Assembly (NCBI GenBank): GCA_001661245.1
Contig: KV454017.1
Span: forward strand, 487,061-551,060
DNA: 64,000 bases
Direction of reading: 5' to 3'
Source: Pachysolen tannophilus NRRL Y-2460
Lineage: Eukaryota
Position 1 is the stretch's first letter; every line of letters starts with the position of its first letter. Below, piece after piece: positions 21,609 to 32,279 of this stretch. The position numbers and the translations under genes are program-made. The notes under the pieces are model-generated. The model was not told where the DNA came from. It was given only the letters and a program-made list of their open reading frames with translations, and searched no databases.

Positions 21609-22064
21609 ATGGCAGAGTACAGTGGTAGTAGTAATACATCGGAGGATTTAACTTTGCCTAAGGCTACAGTACAAAAAATACTATCAGAAATATTACCTCA
21701 AGAATTTACATTTACTAAAGATGCTAAAGAGGCATTAATTGAATGTTGTATTGAATTTATTATGATTTTAAGTGCAGAATCAAATGATATAGCAGAGAAA
21801 GAGTTGAAAAAGACAATAAGTTCTGATCATGTAACAAAAGCTTTAGAAGATTTAGGATTTTTAAGTTATTTACCACCAATTGAAAAAGTATTAAAAGAAC
21901 ATAAAGAAAATTATACAAATAAATCTGGTAAAATTAAAAATAAATTTCAAAATTCAGGTTTTACAGAAGAAGAATTATTAAAACAACAAGAAGAATTATT
22001 TAGGCTGAGTAGAAATAAATTACAACATCAAAATAGTGGTGGATTGAAAAAAGAAGATGAATGA
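21609..22064 (+). CDS. NCB2: negative cofactor 2 beta subunit (Dr1 histone fold)
   Basis: EDLTLPKATVQKILSEILP, FTKDAKEALIECCIEFIMILSAESNDIAEKE.KKTI, SGFTEEELLKQQEELF. Intronless here. Confidence 0.94.
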   Translation: MAEYSGSSNTSEDLTLPKATVQKILSEILPQEFTFTKDAKEALIECCIEFIMILSAESNDIAEKELKKTISSDHVTKALEDLGFLSYLPPIEKVLKEHKENYTNKSGKIKNKFQNSGFTEEELLKQQEELFRLSRNKLQHQNSGGLKKEDE

Positions 22065-22130
22065 ATGAATGAATAATATGGGATATATAATGTTTGAATC
22101 TCTTTTAATTTATTTTTTTTTTTTTTTTTT

Positions 22131-22544
22131 NNNNNNNNNNNNNNNNNNNNNNNNNNNNNNNNNNNNNNNNNNNNNNNNNNNNNNNNNNNNNNNNNNNNNN
22201 NNNNNNNNNNNNNNNNNNNNNNNNNNNNNNNNNNNNNNNNNNNNNNNNNNNNNNNNNNNNNNNNNNNNNNNNNNNNNNNNNNNNNNNNNNNNNNNNNNNN
22301 NNNNNNNNNNNNNNNNNNNNNNNNNNNNNNNNNNNNNNNNNNNNNNNNNNNNNNNNNNNNNNNNNNNNNNNNNNNNNNNNNNNNNNNNNNNNNNNNNNNN
22401 NNNNNNNNNNNNNNNNNNNNNNNNNNNNNNNNNNNNNNNNNNNNNNNNNNNNNNNNNNNNNNNNNNNNNNNNNNNNNNNNNNNNNNNNNNNNNNNNNNNN
22501 NNNNNNNNNNNNNNNNNNNNNNNNNNNNNNNNNNNNNNNNNNNN
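22131..22544. other. assembly gap (N run) flanked by a ~115-bp duplicated NCB2 3' end (22011-22130 vs 22545-22660)
   Basis: Same sequence on both sides of the gap, differing by a homopolymer length (tatgggata vs tatggggata). Confidence 0.92.
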
Positions 22545-24042
22545 AGAAATAAATTACAACATCAAAATAGTGGTGGATTGAAAAAAGAAGATGAATGAAT
22601 GAATGAATAATATGGGGATATATAATGTTTGAATCTCTTTTAATTTATTTTTTTTTTTTTNTTTTTTTTACAATCTCTTTATTTCTTTTGATTTGAATTC
22701 TTCAAAATCGTATTAATAATCTTATTGAATTTTTTTTTTTGTTTTTTAGAAAAAACAAAAAAACAAAAAAAAAAAAAAAAAAAGAGTCTTAAAATGAATG
22801 GACTTGATTGTATTATTTTTTAAAAAAAAAAAAATTTGGTGTACTTTGTGCTATTATTGATTTAGTCTGGATACGTTTTTTTTTCTTTTTTTTTCTTTTC
22901 TTTTTTGATGAATTATATGATAATTGATAAAGTAAATTTATATAAAAAAAAAAAAAATTTTGTAAAAATAAGTATTTGGGGAGTTAATTTATGTGTCATA
23001 TCATATGTCATCTCATTAAGTTTCTTAAAAGAGAATAATGAAAATTGAAACCTTTTGTGTTTTTTTTTTCACATTTGTTTTATGTCTTTGTAGTATTTGT
23101 ACTTTTAATTGAATAATTACAGAAAGTAACGTAAAACAAAAGTGTTTTTCTTTTTTTTTGTTATTGGAAAATAACAATCATTTCAAAGAATTATCCTAGT
23201 AAACTAAACAATATTCATTTTTTGGTTTTTTAAAATGAAAAGGAAATAGCAACTTTGGAAAAAAAATGCAATAAAATTTAATTGGAAAATACTAAAATGT
23301 TAGACCCAATTTAAAATAGTAGTTATGTTTAATCTCTAACTGAGATTAGAAAAAAATCTTTCTAATCAGTTTTTTAATTTCAATCTAAATTCAAAATGGT
23401 GTATGTTATTTTGTCAATTAGAGGTTAAAATTAAAATAAAATAAAATCCACCCATTATGCGGCTTTTACATATATATAAAATAAAAACATTTTAAATGAA
23501 AAAAGAAAAAGGCCCCTTAGTCATTACAATTGTAATCTATCAAAATTTCTATTGTCTACTTTGCAAACTTACAATGAGAAGCTAAAAAAAAAAAAAAAAA
23601 AAAAAAAAAAAGAAGAATCACAATTTTATGAAAAGTTGTTTGTATATCTCACCTGTACTTGATAAAATATTACATTTTACATTTACATGTCTTTTAACAT
23701 TTCAAAAACACAAGTTTGAATTTTCGAAATTATTCCAACTATTCCTAATTTTTATAATTTAATACTAATCATTAAAAAATTTCAAAAAAAATTGCAAAAA
23801 AAAACTTTAATAATTTCTTATAATCTTCAAAATTTGTTCAATGATCTTTACAAAATGCTCATCTTCATCATGATAACAGATTTGAAACCTGCAAAAAGAG
23901 AAAATACAATAGAAAAATCAGAGTAGTGCACGTAATAATAATAAATGATTAATACCAAAATATTGCCACGGTAAATTCAATTCATATATATATATATTGA
24001 TTGATTGATTGAATATAGATGATATAGTTCAAGTTAATAGCA

Positions 24043-24906
24043 ATGTCTAGTCAATATGGGTCGCCATTTGCTGATGCTATAAGGTTAGAGGAACAACCTC
24101 CTTATAGTGATTCACCTGCATTTGATGAAATAACAGATAATATCAGTTCTTTATTATTTATTATAAATAATAATTTGAGTCAACTTGGGAAAAGTATAGA
24201 TAAATTAGACGATTTTTCAGATAATTCCAGTTTTTACAAATCATCACTACGTTTAATTAATTTATTGATAAATAACTTTCGGACGTTATCCACTTATAAA
24301 AATGATTTAGCTAAAGTTAATAATAGTGAAAATTTGAACCAGTCACAAGTTTATTTGAGGGATAAATTACTTTTGGAAGTGAATAATTCATTAAAGACAT
24401 TTAACAGTTTACAAGAAAAATTCACAAATTTAGAAAAAAGTCATAATGAAGAAGATCAAGCAAGATTGAATAGTAGTAATGCTCAGGATTTGATAAATAT
24501 AGAGGAACTGGAACTGGATGGCCATAAGGAGTCTCTTCAGCAGCAGCAGCAGCAGCAGCAACAACAACAACAATTTCAGATAGAATATGAACCAATAAAT
24601 GCAGAAGAATTAGAGTACCAACAGAATTTAATCAATGAAAGAAATATCGAAATTGAAAATATTTCAAACTCAATATTAGAGATAAATGATATTTACCAAG
24701 ATTTAAGTACAATGGTTCAAGATCAGTCTCTGATAATAGATAATATCGAATCTAATATTTATTCAATTCATAAAGATACTAGAGGTGCTAGGAATGAATT
24801 AACTAAAGCTGATCGTTATCAGAAAAGAAAAAATGCAAGATGTATTTGGATATTAATTATTTTGGTGGTATTGTTTTTATTCATATTATTGGCCATTGTA
24901 GCATGA
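24043..24906 (+). CDS. PEP12: endosomal/vacuolar Qa-SNARE syntaxin
   Basis: N-terminal YSDSPAF (cf. Pep12 FSDSPEF), SNARE motif INERNIEIENISNSILEINDIYQDLSTMVQDQ..IIDNIE, C-terminal transmembrane helix. Confidence 0.8.
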   Translation: MSSQYGSPFADAIRLEEQPPYSDSPAFDEITDNISSLLFIINNNLSQLGKSIDKLDDFSDNSSFYKSSLRLINLLINNFRTLSTYKNDLAKVNNSENLNQSQVYLRDKLLLEVNNSLKTFNSLQEKFTNLEKSHNEEDQARLNSSNAQDLINIEELELDGHKESLQQQQQQQQQQQQFQIEYEPINAEELEYQQNLINERNIEIENISNSILEINDIYQDLSTMVQDQSLIIDNIESNIYSIHKDTRGARNELTKADRYQKRKNARCIWILIILVVLFLFILLAIVA

Positions 24907-25146
24907 TCTTTTTTTTTTTTTGTAATTTGGCATTTTCAGAAAGTTTATAAATTATTTTGAATGGATGATGAGCAGGATCTTATTTTAATGTTTAAATATA
25001 ATTTTTATTGATTTGTATTAAGCTTATGATATGCTTGTACTTTGTGACGTACAATTAAAAAAAAAAAAGATCTGAATCCATAAAACCGTAATAATACACC
25101 CTAAGTGAAAATAAATAATAAATAAAAAAAAACAAATGCTTCCTTT

Positions 25147-26967
25147 TTACACACTTCCACCAGTACCACCATGGTTACCAGCCAATCCGACCATTTCCAA
25201 AAATGCTCTTTCTTCACCAAGGTTCTTTATATTAACTCGCTGACGAGCTTCCAGTTCTCTTTTCTCCCACTCCCAACTCTTTATTTGTTCTTGGATTTCC
25301 TTATCTGAACCCACCCCAAATACTTCGATATCGCTTATTGTAAATTTGTCTTCATATTCAGGAGTTATGCTATTCAGTGAGTGTGGTACGCTCTCGGATG
25401 GAAGTTTATTGAATCCAGATCCAGTGTTGAAAGAGCCTCCAATTCCAATATGTCTGAAACAACAAAATTCCAAACCACCATCAATTAAAAGGCTTACATT
25501 TCCTGGATGGTACTTCTTGATACCATTTTTAATCTCGGGCAAATTACAACCAAATCCTATACCTCCATTATTTAATGTATTGAAATAAGCATAGCTATTT
25601 TGAAATAAAGAAGATTCGAATAATTGTTGTTGAGGAGCTAACTGGAAAATTAAAGTTTTGGAATCTCCAAAAGGTTCTTTATTACTAATTTTCCAAGCAT
25701 GGTGCAAATAAACGCCATATGTTAATCTTTCTGAGCCTTCACCATATATTTTACTTGGATTCTCAGGAGATCTCCTAAACTTTGGATATTCTTCATTAAT
25801 AAAAGTATCGCATCTTTTTGAAATTTTTTTTTTATTGGGTTCAATTCTATGGCCACTCACTAATAAAATAGTTGGAGCTTTCCATCCAAATACTTTTGAT
25901 TCAAATGATCTCATTGAAAACCCAGAATCTTTACCAACGTAAAGTTTTTTCATATTTGTATAGCAAAGGTTCAGCGGTAAGAATGTTGCCAATTGACTAA
26001 GAGTAAACTCATTTACTAGTCTAGTCATTTCTATTTCAATTTTTGGTACAAGGGTTTCACATAAAGGTGGAGAAACCGAATGTTCCATGAACAACAACGG
26101 ACTTAACAATGCAGTGAATGGTTGGAAAATGTTTGCAAATGTTGTCGCGATACAGTAATTAACTCTGGTTATTGATAAATCATAATTATCGATATTAGTT
26201 GAATTAATATTATATTCAATTGTTTTCATCAAGCAATAAGCAATTTTCTTGTATTTTGACCAATTTTCAAATTCAGATTTAAATTTATTTAAACGAAAGA
26301 ATTTGAACTGATCAAGTGATAGGCGGGTTGCGCAAAGACAAAATGTAAAAATTTTCAATAATACAGAAGCAGGGATAATCAAATTATCTATATCCAAGCT
26401 CGAATAATAATCTATGGATGACCATGACAATTTATTATTTATTAAAGTTGCATCATAAACGTCATTTGAAGAAGAATGAATAAATAGTTTTTCCTTGTCA
26501 TGATTATATGGAAGACAAAAACAAACCAACAATAATTTGACATATTCAAATTCTTTATTAAAAATTGCATTGAATCTTGATCGATCCAACAAATTAATAG
26601 CCTTGATCAACATAATAGAATCAATTCCATTATTTTTACAATGTCCATCTAATATAGGGAAAGAACCCAAATTAATAATAAACTTGAAAAGAATTTCCGA
26701 TATTTCCTCATCATTTTCTATCAATCCTTCCAAAGAAACAAGCTTCTTGAATTCTTCACAGTTATTGATTAACTTGTCATCATTCAAATCACTAATTCGT
26801 AAGTTTGCCTTGATCGAATATATTTCAATCTGTTGTAAAGTAGATAAAGATTTCTTAAGGAATAAGTTGTTCAAATCTGTCAACGTTAACTTGATTATTT
26901 TTTTCTGAGACTGACCATCCACATAAGAACCTCCATTTTCACCATCACTACTAAGCAGCTGTCCCAT
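25147..26967 (-). CDS. RTC5: TLDc-domain protein Rtc5 (predicted N-myristoylated)
   Basis: MGQ..S start, KLYVGKDSGFSMRSFESKVFGWKAPTILLVSG, GGIGFG, DIEVFGVG, WEWEKRE.EARQRVNIKNLGEERAFLEMVGL. Confidence 0.9.
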   Translation of the reverse strand: MGQLLSSDGENGGSYVDGQSQKKIIKLTLTDLNNLFLKKSLSTLQQIEIYSIKANLRISDLNDDKLINNCEEFKKLVSLEGLIENDEEISEILFKFIINLGSFPILDGHCKNNGIDSIMLIKAINLLDRSRFNAIFNKEFEYVKLLLVCFCLPYNHDKEKLFIHSSSNDVYDATLINNKLSWSSIDYYSSLDIDNLIIPASVLLKIFTFCLCATRLSLDQFKFFRLNKFKSEFENWSKYKKIAYCLMKTIEYNINSTNIDNYDLSITRVNYCIATTFANIFQPFTALLSPLLFMEHSVSPPLCETLVPKIEIEMTRLVNEFTLSQLATFLPLNLCYTNMKKLYVGKDSGFSMRSFESKVFGWKAPTILLVSGHRIEPNKKKISKRCDTFINEEYPKFRRSPENPSKIYGEGSERLTYGVYLHHAWKISNKEPFGDSKTLIFQLAPQQQLFESSLFQNSYAYFNTLNNGGIGFGCNLPEIKNGIKKYHPGNVSLLIDGGLEFCCFRHIGIGGSFNTGSGFNKLPSESVPHSLNSITPEYEDKFTISDIEVFGVGSDKEIQEQIKSWEWEKRELEARQRVNIKNLGEERAFLEMVGLAGNHGGTGGSV

Positions 26968-27139
26968 TATTCCTCTTGGTGATTCTCAACTCCATATTTC
27001 AATTAAAAAATAGGATATTACAAATATCTTTTGGTCCACCTTGGACTTGGACTTCTTCGCATCTCTACATACAAAACCCCTTTTGGGAAACAATTAAAAA
27101 TCCAATTTCCCAAAACGGTAATTTCCAGTTTTGATCTAT

Positions 27140-27189
27140 CTCATCTCTCACTAGTAAAAAAAATTTTCAAAAGAGAAGGTGAAAAATTT
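27140..27189. promoter_or_regulatory. PAC core (CTCATC) and two RRPE-like elements upstream of ESF1
   Basis: CTCATC 27140-45, AAAATTTTCA 27160-69, TGAAAAATTT 27180-89. Confidence 0.6.
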
Positions 27190-27276
27190 ACATTATCAAT
27201 AGCAGTCAAGTAAGTGTTGATATATATATATATATATATATCTGCATTTAGAATAGCGATATTGAGCACTGAGAGA

Positions 27277-29307
27277 ATGGCTAAGGATAATAAGAAGATT
27301 ATCAAAGATGAGCGTTTTAGCTCTATGTATAACGATTTTAAATTCAAGCCGCCTAAAACCAAGAATTTGAAGGTAAAAGTTGATGATAGATTCAGTAAAG
27401 ATGAATTAGACATTTATAAGAAAAAGGCAAAGGTTGACAGATATGGAAGAAAGATTAAAGAAGACGGTGGTAAAAACAAAGATTTTGAAAAATTTTATGA
27501 GATGGAGAAAGAAGAAAAAGAAAAATCTGAGAAGGAATCTTCTGATGAACTGGAAGACGATGAACGTGAATTAAAGGTTGATGCAGTTGATACAATTGAT
27601 AAATCTGAATCCACATCGGAATCGGAATCCCAATCCGAATCAGATTTGGAATCTGAATCAGAATTAGAAGGTTTGGATAGAGCGAGAGGAGAAGGTTTGG
27701 AGTCATCTTCAGATGAAGATGAGGATTCAAGTGTTTCTTCTGAGGAAGAAGAGGTTGAAGAATCTGACGGTGAAACAGAAGTTGAAATAGAAGATTCCAA
27801 GCCAGAAGAAGGTGAACCAACTTATAGATTTGCTGTTGTCAACATGGATTGGGATAATGTGAAGACGGATGATTTATTTGCCACTTTCAGTTCTTTTTTA
27901 CCTGTTGGAGGGTCTATTAAAGATATTTCAATTTATCCTTCTGAATTTGGAAAAGAAAGAATGCAAAAAGAAGAACTTGAAGGTCCTCCAAGAGAATTAT
28001 TTAAGAAATCTTCCTCGTCATCTAAGAAGGGAAAGGATAATAAAAACAATGATGAAGAAAGTGAGAGTGAGAGTGATTCAGATGTTTCAGATTTAGAAGC
28101 TGCTGCTAAAAAATTATATGAAGATGACGATGGTAAAGAGGATTACGATTCAAAAGCATTACGTCGTTACCAATTGCAAAGACTTCGATACTATTATGCT
28201 GTTGTTACTTGTGATTCAGTTGCCACAGCACAAAATATCTATCAGAATTGTGATTCTACAGAATACGAATCTACTGCAAATTTGTTTGATTTAAGATATA
28301 TACCAGATGATATGTCATTTGAAGATGAAGAGCTGACCCAGAAAACAACAAGATTAGGCAAAAATTATAAACCTACTCCTTTTGTCACTGATGCTTTACA
28401 ACATTCTAAAGTTAAGTTAACTTGGGATGAGACACCAGCTGAGAGAATACAATTATCAAATAGATCTTTTACTCAAAGAGAAATTGAAGAAATGGATTTC
28501 AAAGCATATCTAGCTAGTGATTCAGATGAAGAAAGTGAAAATGGTGCAGGTGACTTGAAAAATAAGTATAAACTGTTGCTGGAGAGCAGTGGTAAGATTG
28601 GTAACAAGAGTATTTTCGGCGGTGCTGCCCATGAAGAAGATGATGGAGATGTTGATTTTGAAGTCACATTCACACCTGGATTAGCAGAAGGATCTAGACA
28701 GAAGGAGGATACAAACAAAGAAGAAACAACTGTTGAAAAATTGAGAAGAAAAGAAAAAGAAAGAAGAAAGAAGAGAAAGGAAAAAGTTAAAGAAATCAAG
28801 AAACAACAGGATGAAGGACTCAAAGAAAAGAAGAAGGAACTTTCAAGTTCCAAAAGGAAAACTAGTAAAGATCATACAAGTAGTAAGGATGATGAACCTG
28901 ATAATAAAGCAGAATTAGAATTACTAATGATGGACGATCAATCGGATGAACAAAAGAATCATTTCAACATGAAAGATATAATAAAAGCCGCAAAATCGCA
29001 ACACAAGGGTAAGAAACATAACAAGAAGAAGAATTACGACGAAGAGAATCTTCAAGCTGATTTCAAACCTGATTTAAGTGATGATAGATTTAATGAAATA
29101 TTTGAAAATCATGAATTTGCTATAGACCCAACAGCACCACAGTTTAAGAAAACCGCTATCATGAGTCAAATCATTGCGGAAAAAAACAAGAGAAGAAAAG
29201 ACGATAAAAAGGAATCTAAGGGAAACGTTAACAAGAAACACAAGAAGGGTACTACCAGTAGTAACGAATTAGATTCATTGGTGGGGAGATTAAAGAATAA
29301 ACATTAA
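27277..29307 (+). CDS. ESF1: pre-rRNA processing protein Esf1
   Basis: DERFS, KVDRYGR, RFAVVNMDWDNV, IYPSEFGKERM..EE.EGPP, LRRYQLQRLRYYYAVV, ALQHSKVKLTWDET, NUC153 DDRF..IFENHEFAIDPT. ATG at 27277. Confidence 0.95.
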   Translation: MAKDNKKIIKDERFSSMYNDFKFKPPKTKNLKVKVDDRFSKDELDIYKKKAKVDRYGRKIKEDGGKNKDFEKFYEMEKEEKEKSEKESSDELEDDERELKVDAVDTIDKSESTSESESQSESDLESESELEGLDRARGEGLESSSDEDEDSSVSSEEEEVEESDGETEVEIEDSKPEEGEPTYRFAVVNMDWDNVKTDDLFATFSSFLPVGGSIKDISIYPSEFGKERMQKEELEGPPRELFKKSSSSSKKGKDNKNNDEESESESDSDVSDLEAAAKKLYEDDDGKEDYDSKALRRYQLQRLRYYYAVVTCDSVATAQNIYQNCDSTEYESTANLFDLRYIPDDMSFEDEELTQKTTRLGKNYKPTPFVTDALQHSKVKLTWDETPAERIQLSNRSFTQREIEEMDFKAYLASDSDEESENGAGDLKNKYKLLLESSGKIGNKSIFGGAAHEEDDGDVDFEVTFTPGLAEGSRQKEDTNKEETTVEKLRRKEKERRKKRKEKVKEIKKQQDEGLKEKKKELSSSKRKTSKDHTSSKDDEPDNKAELELLMMDDQSDEQKNHFNMKDIIKAAKSQHKGKKHNKKKNYDEENLQADFKPDLSDDRFNEIFENHEFAIDPTAPQFKKTAIMSQIIAEKNKRRKDDKKESKGNVNKKHKKGTTSSNELDSLVGRLKNKH

Positions 29308-29324
29308 CGAAAAAGTTGTTAGTC

Positions 29325-29408
29325 AGTGGTGTCTCAGTGGTGTAAGTGGTGTAAGTGGTGTAAGTGGTGTAAGTGGTGTAGATGGTGTAGATGGTGTAGG
29401 CGGTGTGT
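29325..29408 (+). repeat. 9-bp tandem array: (AGTGGTGTA)x5, (GATGGTGTA)x2, GGCGGTGTG, plus one upstream unit
   Basis: Read directly; starts about 17 bp after the ESF1 stop. Confidence 0.93.
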
Positions 29409-29631
29409 ACTTAAATAAAATAACAGCCCTTGTTTGTTTATTTTTTTTTTTCTTTTAATTTTTCTAAGCTTGAAATCAGGGCTTGGGAACAGTGTTGTAG
29501 CAAAAAAAAATTTTAAGGTGTAAAGAACGACGATGAGTTGACGAGTATTATGAAAAGAATTAAAAAAAAAATCCTTAAAATAATACTCTTTGATTTGGAG
29601 GCCAGACAATCATAATATCAGACCGGACTAG

Positions 29632-30306
29632 ATGAATTTGGGGGCGAAAAAAGTTATTTTTTCATTATTTCTATACTTTAATTATGTTTTGTCCTTACAC
29701 ATATATATAGGACCAGACGAATCAAGATGTTTTTATGAAGATTTACCAAAGGAAACTTTGGTAGTTGGAAAATTTAAGACATATGCTTTTGATAATGATA
29801 AGAATGACTATGGGGTGGCGTCTACAGATGTTCAAATAGAAATTGAGGTCACGGAAACGTTTGACAGTGATCATGCGGTTGTTCATCAGAAATTACCTGG
29901 TAATGGTGAATTTGTATTCACATCCCTTGGGAGTGGTGAACATAAATTTTGTTTTACGCCAAGAGCAGACAAAAAAAGGCTTCAACTGGGTGATGATAAA
30001 TTGAACAAATTTAGATTTTTCCTAGATTTAGTTATAGGGGAAGCCAACGATTATACTGATTCTAAAAAAACTGATACGATAAATTATCTAAATGAAAAGA
30101 TAAAAATTATTAACTTAAAATTAAGAGAAATTAAAAGGCACCAGGAATCAATAAGAGATAAAGAAAAAGAATTCAGAAATACATCCGAAGCTGTTAATCT
30201 TCAAGTTGTCAAATGGACTATTTTCCAAATGTTAATTTTGATCTTAATTGGGGTTTACCAACTAAACTACTTAAGTGGATATTTTAAAAAACAAAAGATT
30301 CTCTAA
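29632..30306 (+). CDS. ERP5: p24/emp24/gp25L family GOLD-domain cargo receptor (Erp1/Erp5 subfamily)
   Basis: Signal peptide, RCFYEDLPKETLVVG, GEHKFC, coiled coil R.KEKEFRNTSE..N..V..W, transmembrane helix, dilysine-type tail YFKKQKIL. The ERP5 assignment rests on its position directly upstream of UBA4. Confidence 0.8.
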   Translation: MNLGAKKVIFSLFLYFNYVLSLHIYIGPDESRCFYEDLPKETLVVGKFKTYAFDNDKNDYGVASTDVQIEIEVTETFDSDHAVVHQKLPGNGEFVFTSLGSGEHKFCFTPRADKKRLQLGDDKLNKFRFFLDLVIGEANDYTDSKKTDTINYLNEKIKIINLKLREIKRHQESIRDKEKEFRNTSEAVNLQVVKWTIFQMLILILIGVYQLNYLSGYFKKQKIL

Positions 30307-30603
30307 TATCTGTATATATATATCATATTTAAGAAAAGACGCATTTTCCATTTTTGAAATTTAATAGCATTTTATTTCTCGTAATATTATTATCCTTGTT
30401 TTCTCACCATTTGTAGAATTCAATTTTTATTTCTTCATCATTTTTTACCTATAGATTTGTGCATGTAAGTCATCTGCAAGTCAAATAATTTTTTTTTTTT
30501 TTTTTTTTTTTCACTTAAAAAATAAAATAAAATTTTTATTAGCAAACTTCAAGATATTTTTGTGATTGGAAGAAAAAGTATAGATACCACAAAGGGACGG
30601 AGA

Positions 30604-31947
30604 ATGACGCTAGATTTTTCTAAGGAAGAGTTGTTAAGTCAGATAGAGTCTTTGAAGAAGGAAAATGAACTGTTGAGGCATCTGAAAATTTACAGTGAGA
30701 CGTCACTGGCAGGTGTTGCAGTTGTAACAGCAGCAAATAGAGAATCTTCATTCTCATTAGAAGAGTACAGGAGATACGGTCGTCAAATGACTGTTCCAGA
30801 AGTGGGCATTTCTGGGCAAGTGATGTTAAAAAAGTCCAAAATTTTGGTAGTGGGTGCCGGTGGATTAGGATGTCCAGCTTTGTTATACTTGACAGGTGCA
30901 GGCGTGGGGAAAATTGGTATCGTAGATAATGATGTTGTGGATACCTCGAATTTACATAGACAAGTATTGCATACATCTGAAAACGTTGGGATGTTGAAGT
31001 GTGATTCGGCAAAGAAGTATTTAAATTCGTTAAACCCTCATGTGGAAATTGTCACATTTCCGAAAAGATTATCTAATGATAATATTTTCAATGTTTTCCT
31101 TTCCGATAAGTGGGATCTTATATTAGACTGTACTGATGCTCCACTTACGAGGTATTTAATTAATGATGCTGCTGTTATATGTGGTCTTACAATAGTGTCT
31201 GCATCTGGGGTGAGAGCTGATGGTCAATTGGCAATCTTGAATTTCCAAAACTTTGGACCTTGTTATCGTTGTTTCTATCCTAAACCACCTCCTCCAAACT
31301 CGGTTTTGTCCTGTCAGGATGGTGGTGTAATAGGACCAGCGATAGGAGTGATGGGTGTCTTGATGGCATCGGAAGCAATAAAAGTGATATGTGGTTCATA
31401 CACTAGGGAAAATTTCAAGCCTTTTTTAAATTTATATTCAGCATATCCTCAACAATCGTTAAGAACTTTTAAAATGAGAAGCAAAGTACCAAACTGTCAA
31501 GTTTGCTCCATAGATAATGACAAAAGAATAATAACAAGGTCAACAATTGAATCGAATGAACTTAATTATAGTGAATGGTGTGGGAAAGTAAGCTATGACG
31601 TTTTAAAGATGGAAGATAGAGTTAATGTTTCTGAATTTTCTCAGAAAATTGCCAACGATAAAGATAAAGATAATACAATGATCTTGGATGTAAGGCCAAA
31701 AGCACACTTTGATATTTGTCATTTACCAAATTCAATCAATATACCCTATAAAGAATTGTCACAGTTAAAAGAATTTTCCGTTCCTTCAAATAAGACCATA
31801 TATTGCATATGCAGATTTGGAAATGACTCCAGACTCGCTGTGAAGTTTTTGAAATATGAACTAGGCTTACCCAATACCATCTTGGACGTTATTGGAGGTT
31901 TGAATCAATGGTCTGAACAAGTAGATACTCAATTCCCAAAGTACTAG
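30604..31947 (+). CDS. UBA4: Urm1-activating adenylyltransferase/sulfurtransferase (E1-like + rhodanese)
   Basis: EYRRYGRQM, LVVGAGGLGCP, DVVDTSNLHRQVLH, DCTD, PCYRCFYP, SCQDGGVIGP, rhodanese CRFGNDS, GGLNQW...D..FPKY. Confidence 0.95.
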   Translation: MTLDFSKEELLSQIESLKKENELLRHLKIYSETSLAGVAVVTAANRESSFSLEEYRRYGRQMTVPEVGISGQVMLKKSKILVVGAGGLGCPALLYLTGAGVGKIGIVDNDVVDTSNLHRQVLHTSENVGMLKCDSAKKYLNSLNPHVEIVTFPKRLSNDNIFNVFLSDKWDLILDCTDAPLTRYLINDAAVICGLTIVSASGVRADGQLAILNFQNFGPCYRCFYPKPPPPNSVLSCQDGGVIGPAIGVMGVLMASEAIKVICGSYTRENFKPFLNLYSAYPQQSLRTFKMRSKVPNCQVCSIDNDKRIITRSTIESNELNYSEWCGKVSYDVLKMEDRVNVSEFSQKIANDKDKDNTMILDVRPKAHFDICHLPNSINIPYKELSQLKEFSVPSNKTIYCICRFGNDSRLAVKFLKYELGLPNTILDVIGGLNQWSEQVDTQFPKY

Positions 31948-31988
31948 CACAAAATTTAAAGTATTACACCAAAAGAAGGTAGTGTGTA

Positions 31989-32045
31989 TTGTTTACAAAA
32001 TCCAGTTTAGGAAATCTCATCGCTCTTGTTGTAAAAAATTTTTCA
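31989..32045. promoter_or_regulatory. MDN1 promoter: Mcm1+Forkhead composite-like site (31989-32014, minus strand), PAC GCGATGAG (32016-23) and RRPE (32034-45)
   Basis: Minus strand TTTCCTAAACTGGATTTTGTAAACAA; plus strand CTCATCGC and AAAAATTTTTCA. Confidence 0.7.
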
Positions 32046-32279
32046 CTATCTAAAATAAAGATCTTTTTTAATAATAATATGAAGTTTTTTTTTGTAAACC
32101 AAGTAGTAATTAAAGAAGAATCTTTGAACAAAGGTAAACTTTACAAAAGTTAAAGCTTCTTTCTTTGTTTTTCTATTCTAATAGCTCTGGATTATAGTGA
32201 TTATTATTTTTTTATTTTTTTTATTTTGCAAAAACAAGAAAAAAGAAAAAAGATAATTTCTTAAAAGACTAGACAGTTT

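Noticed and set aside
22545..22660. Direct repeat of the NCB2 3' end (possible LTR or target-site duplication)
   Set aside because: Flanks an N-gap and differs only by homopolymer length; no LTR termini or transposon ORF.
23330..23370. Overlapping small hairpins (TAATCTC/GAGATTA; GATTAGAAA/TTTCTAATC), and ATCTCAGA/TCTGAGAT at 17417-17488, as ncRNA or MITE ends
   Set aside because: Short AT-rich stems expected by chance; no snoRNA boxes, tRNA fold or target-site duplication recognisable.
27455..28853. Ser/Phe/Leu-rich antisense ORFs inside ESF1 (likewise inside MDN1, NSE4, UTP5, YCK and EPL1)
   Set aside because: Shadows of D/E/K/Q-rich coding sequence on the opposite strand or in other frames; no domain motifs.
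5371..29408. CRISPR-like interpretation of the short repeat arrays
   Set aside because: Eukaryotic context, 9-bp contiguous units without unique spacers, and no cas genes.
29334..29609. His-rich ORF (HHL repeats), and the THT-repeat ORF at 17662-17865
   Set aside because: Simply translations of the 9-bp arrays; no other coding signal.
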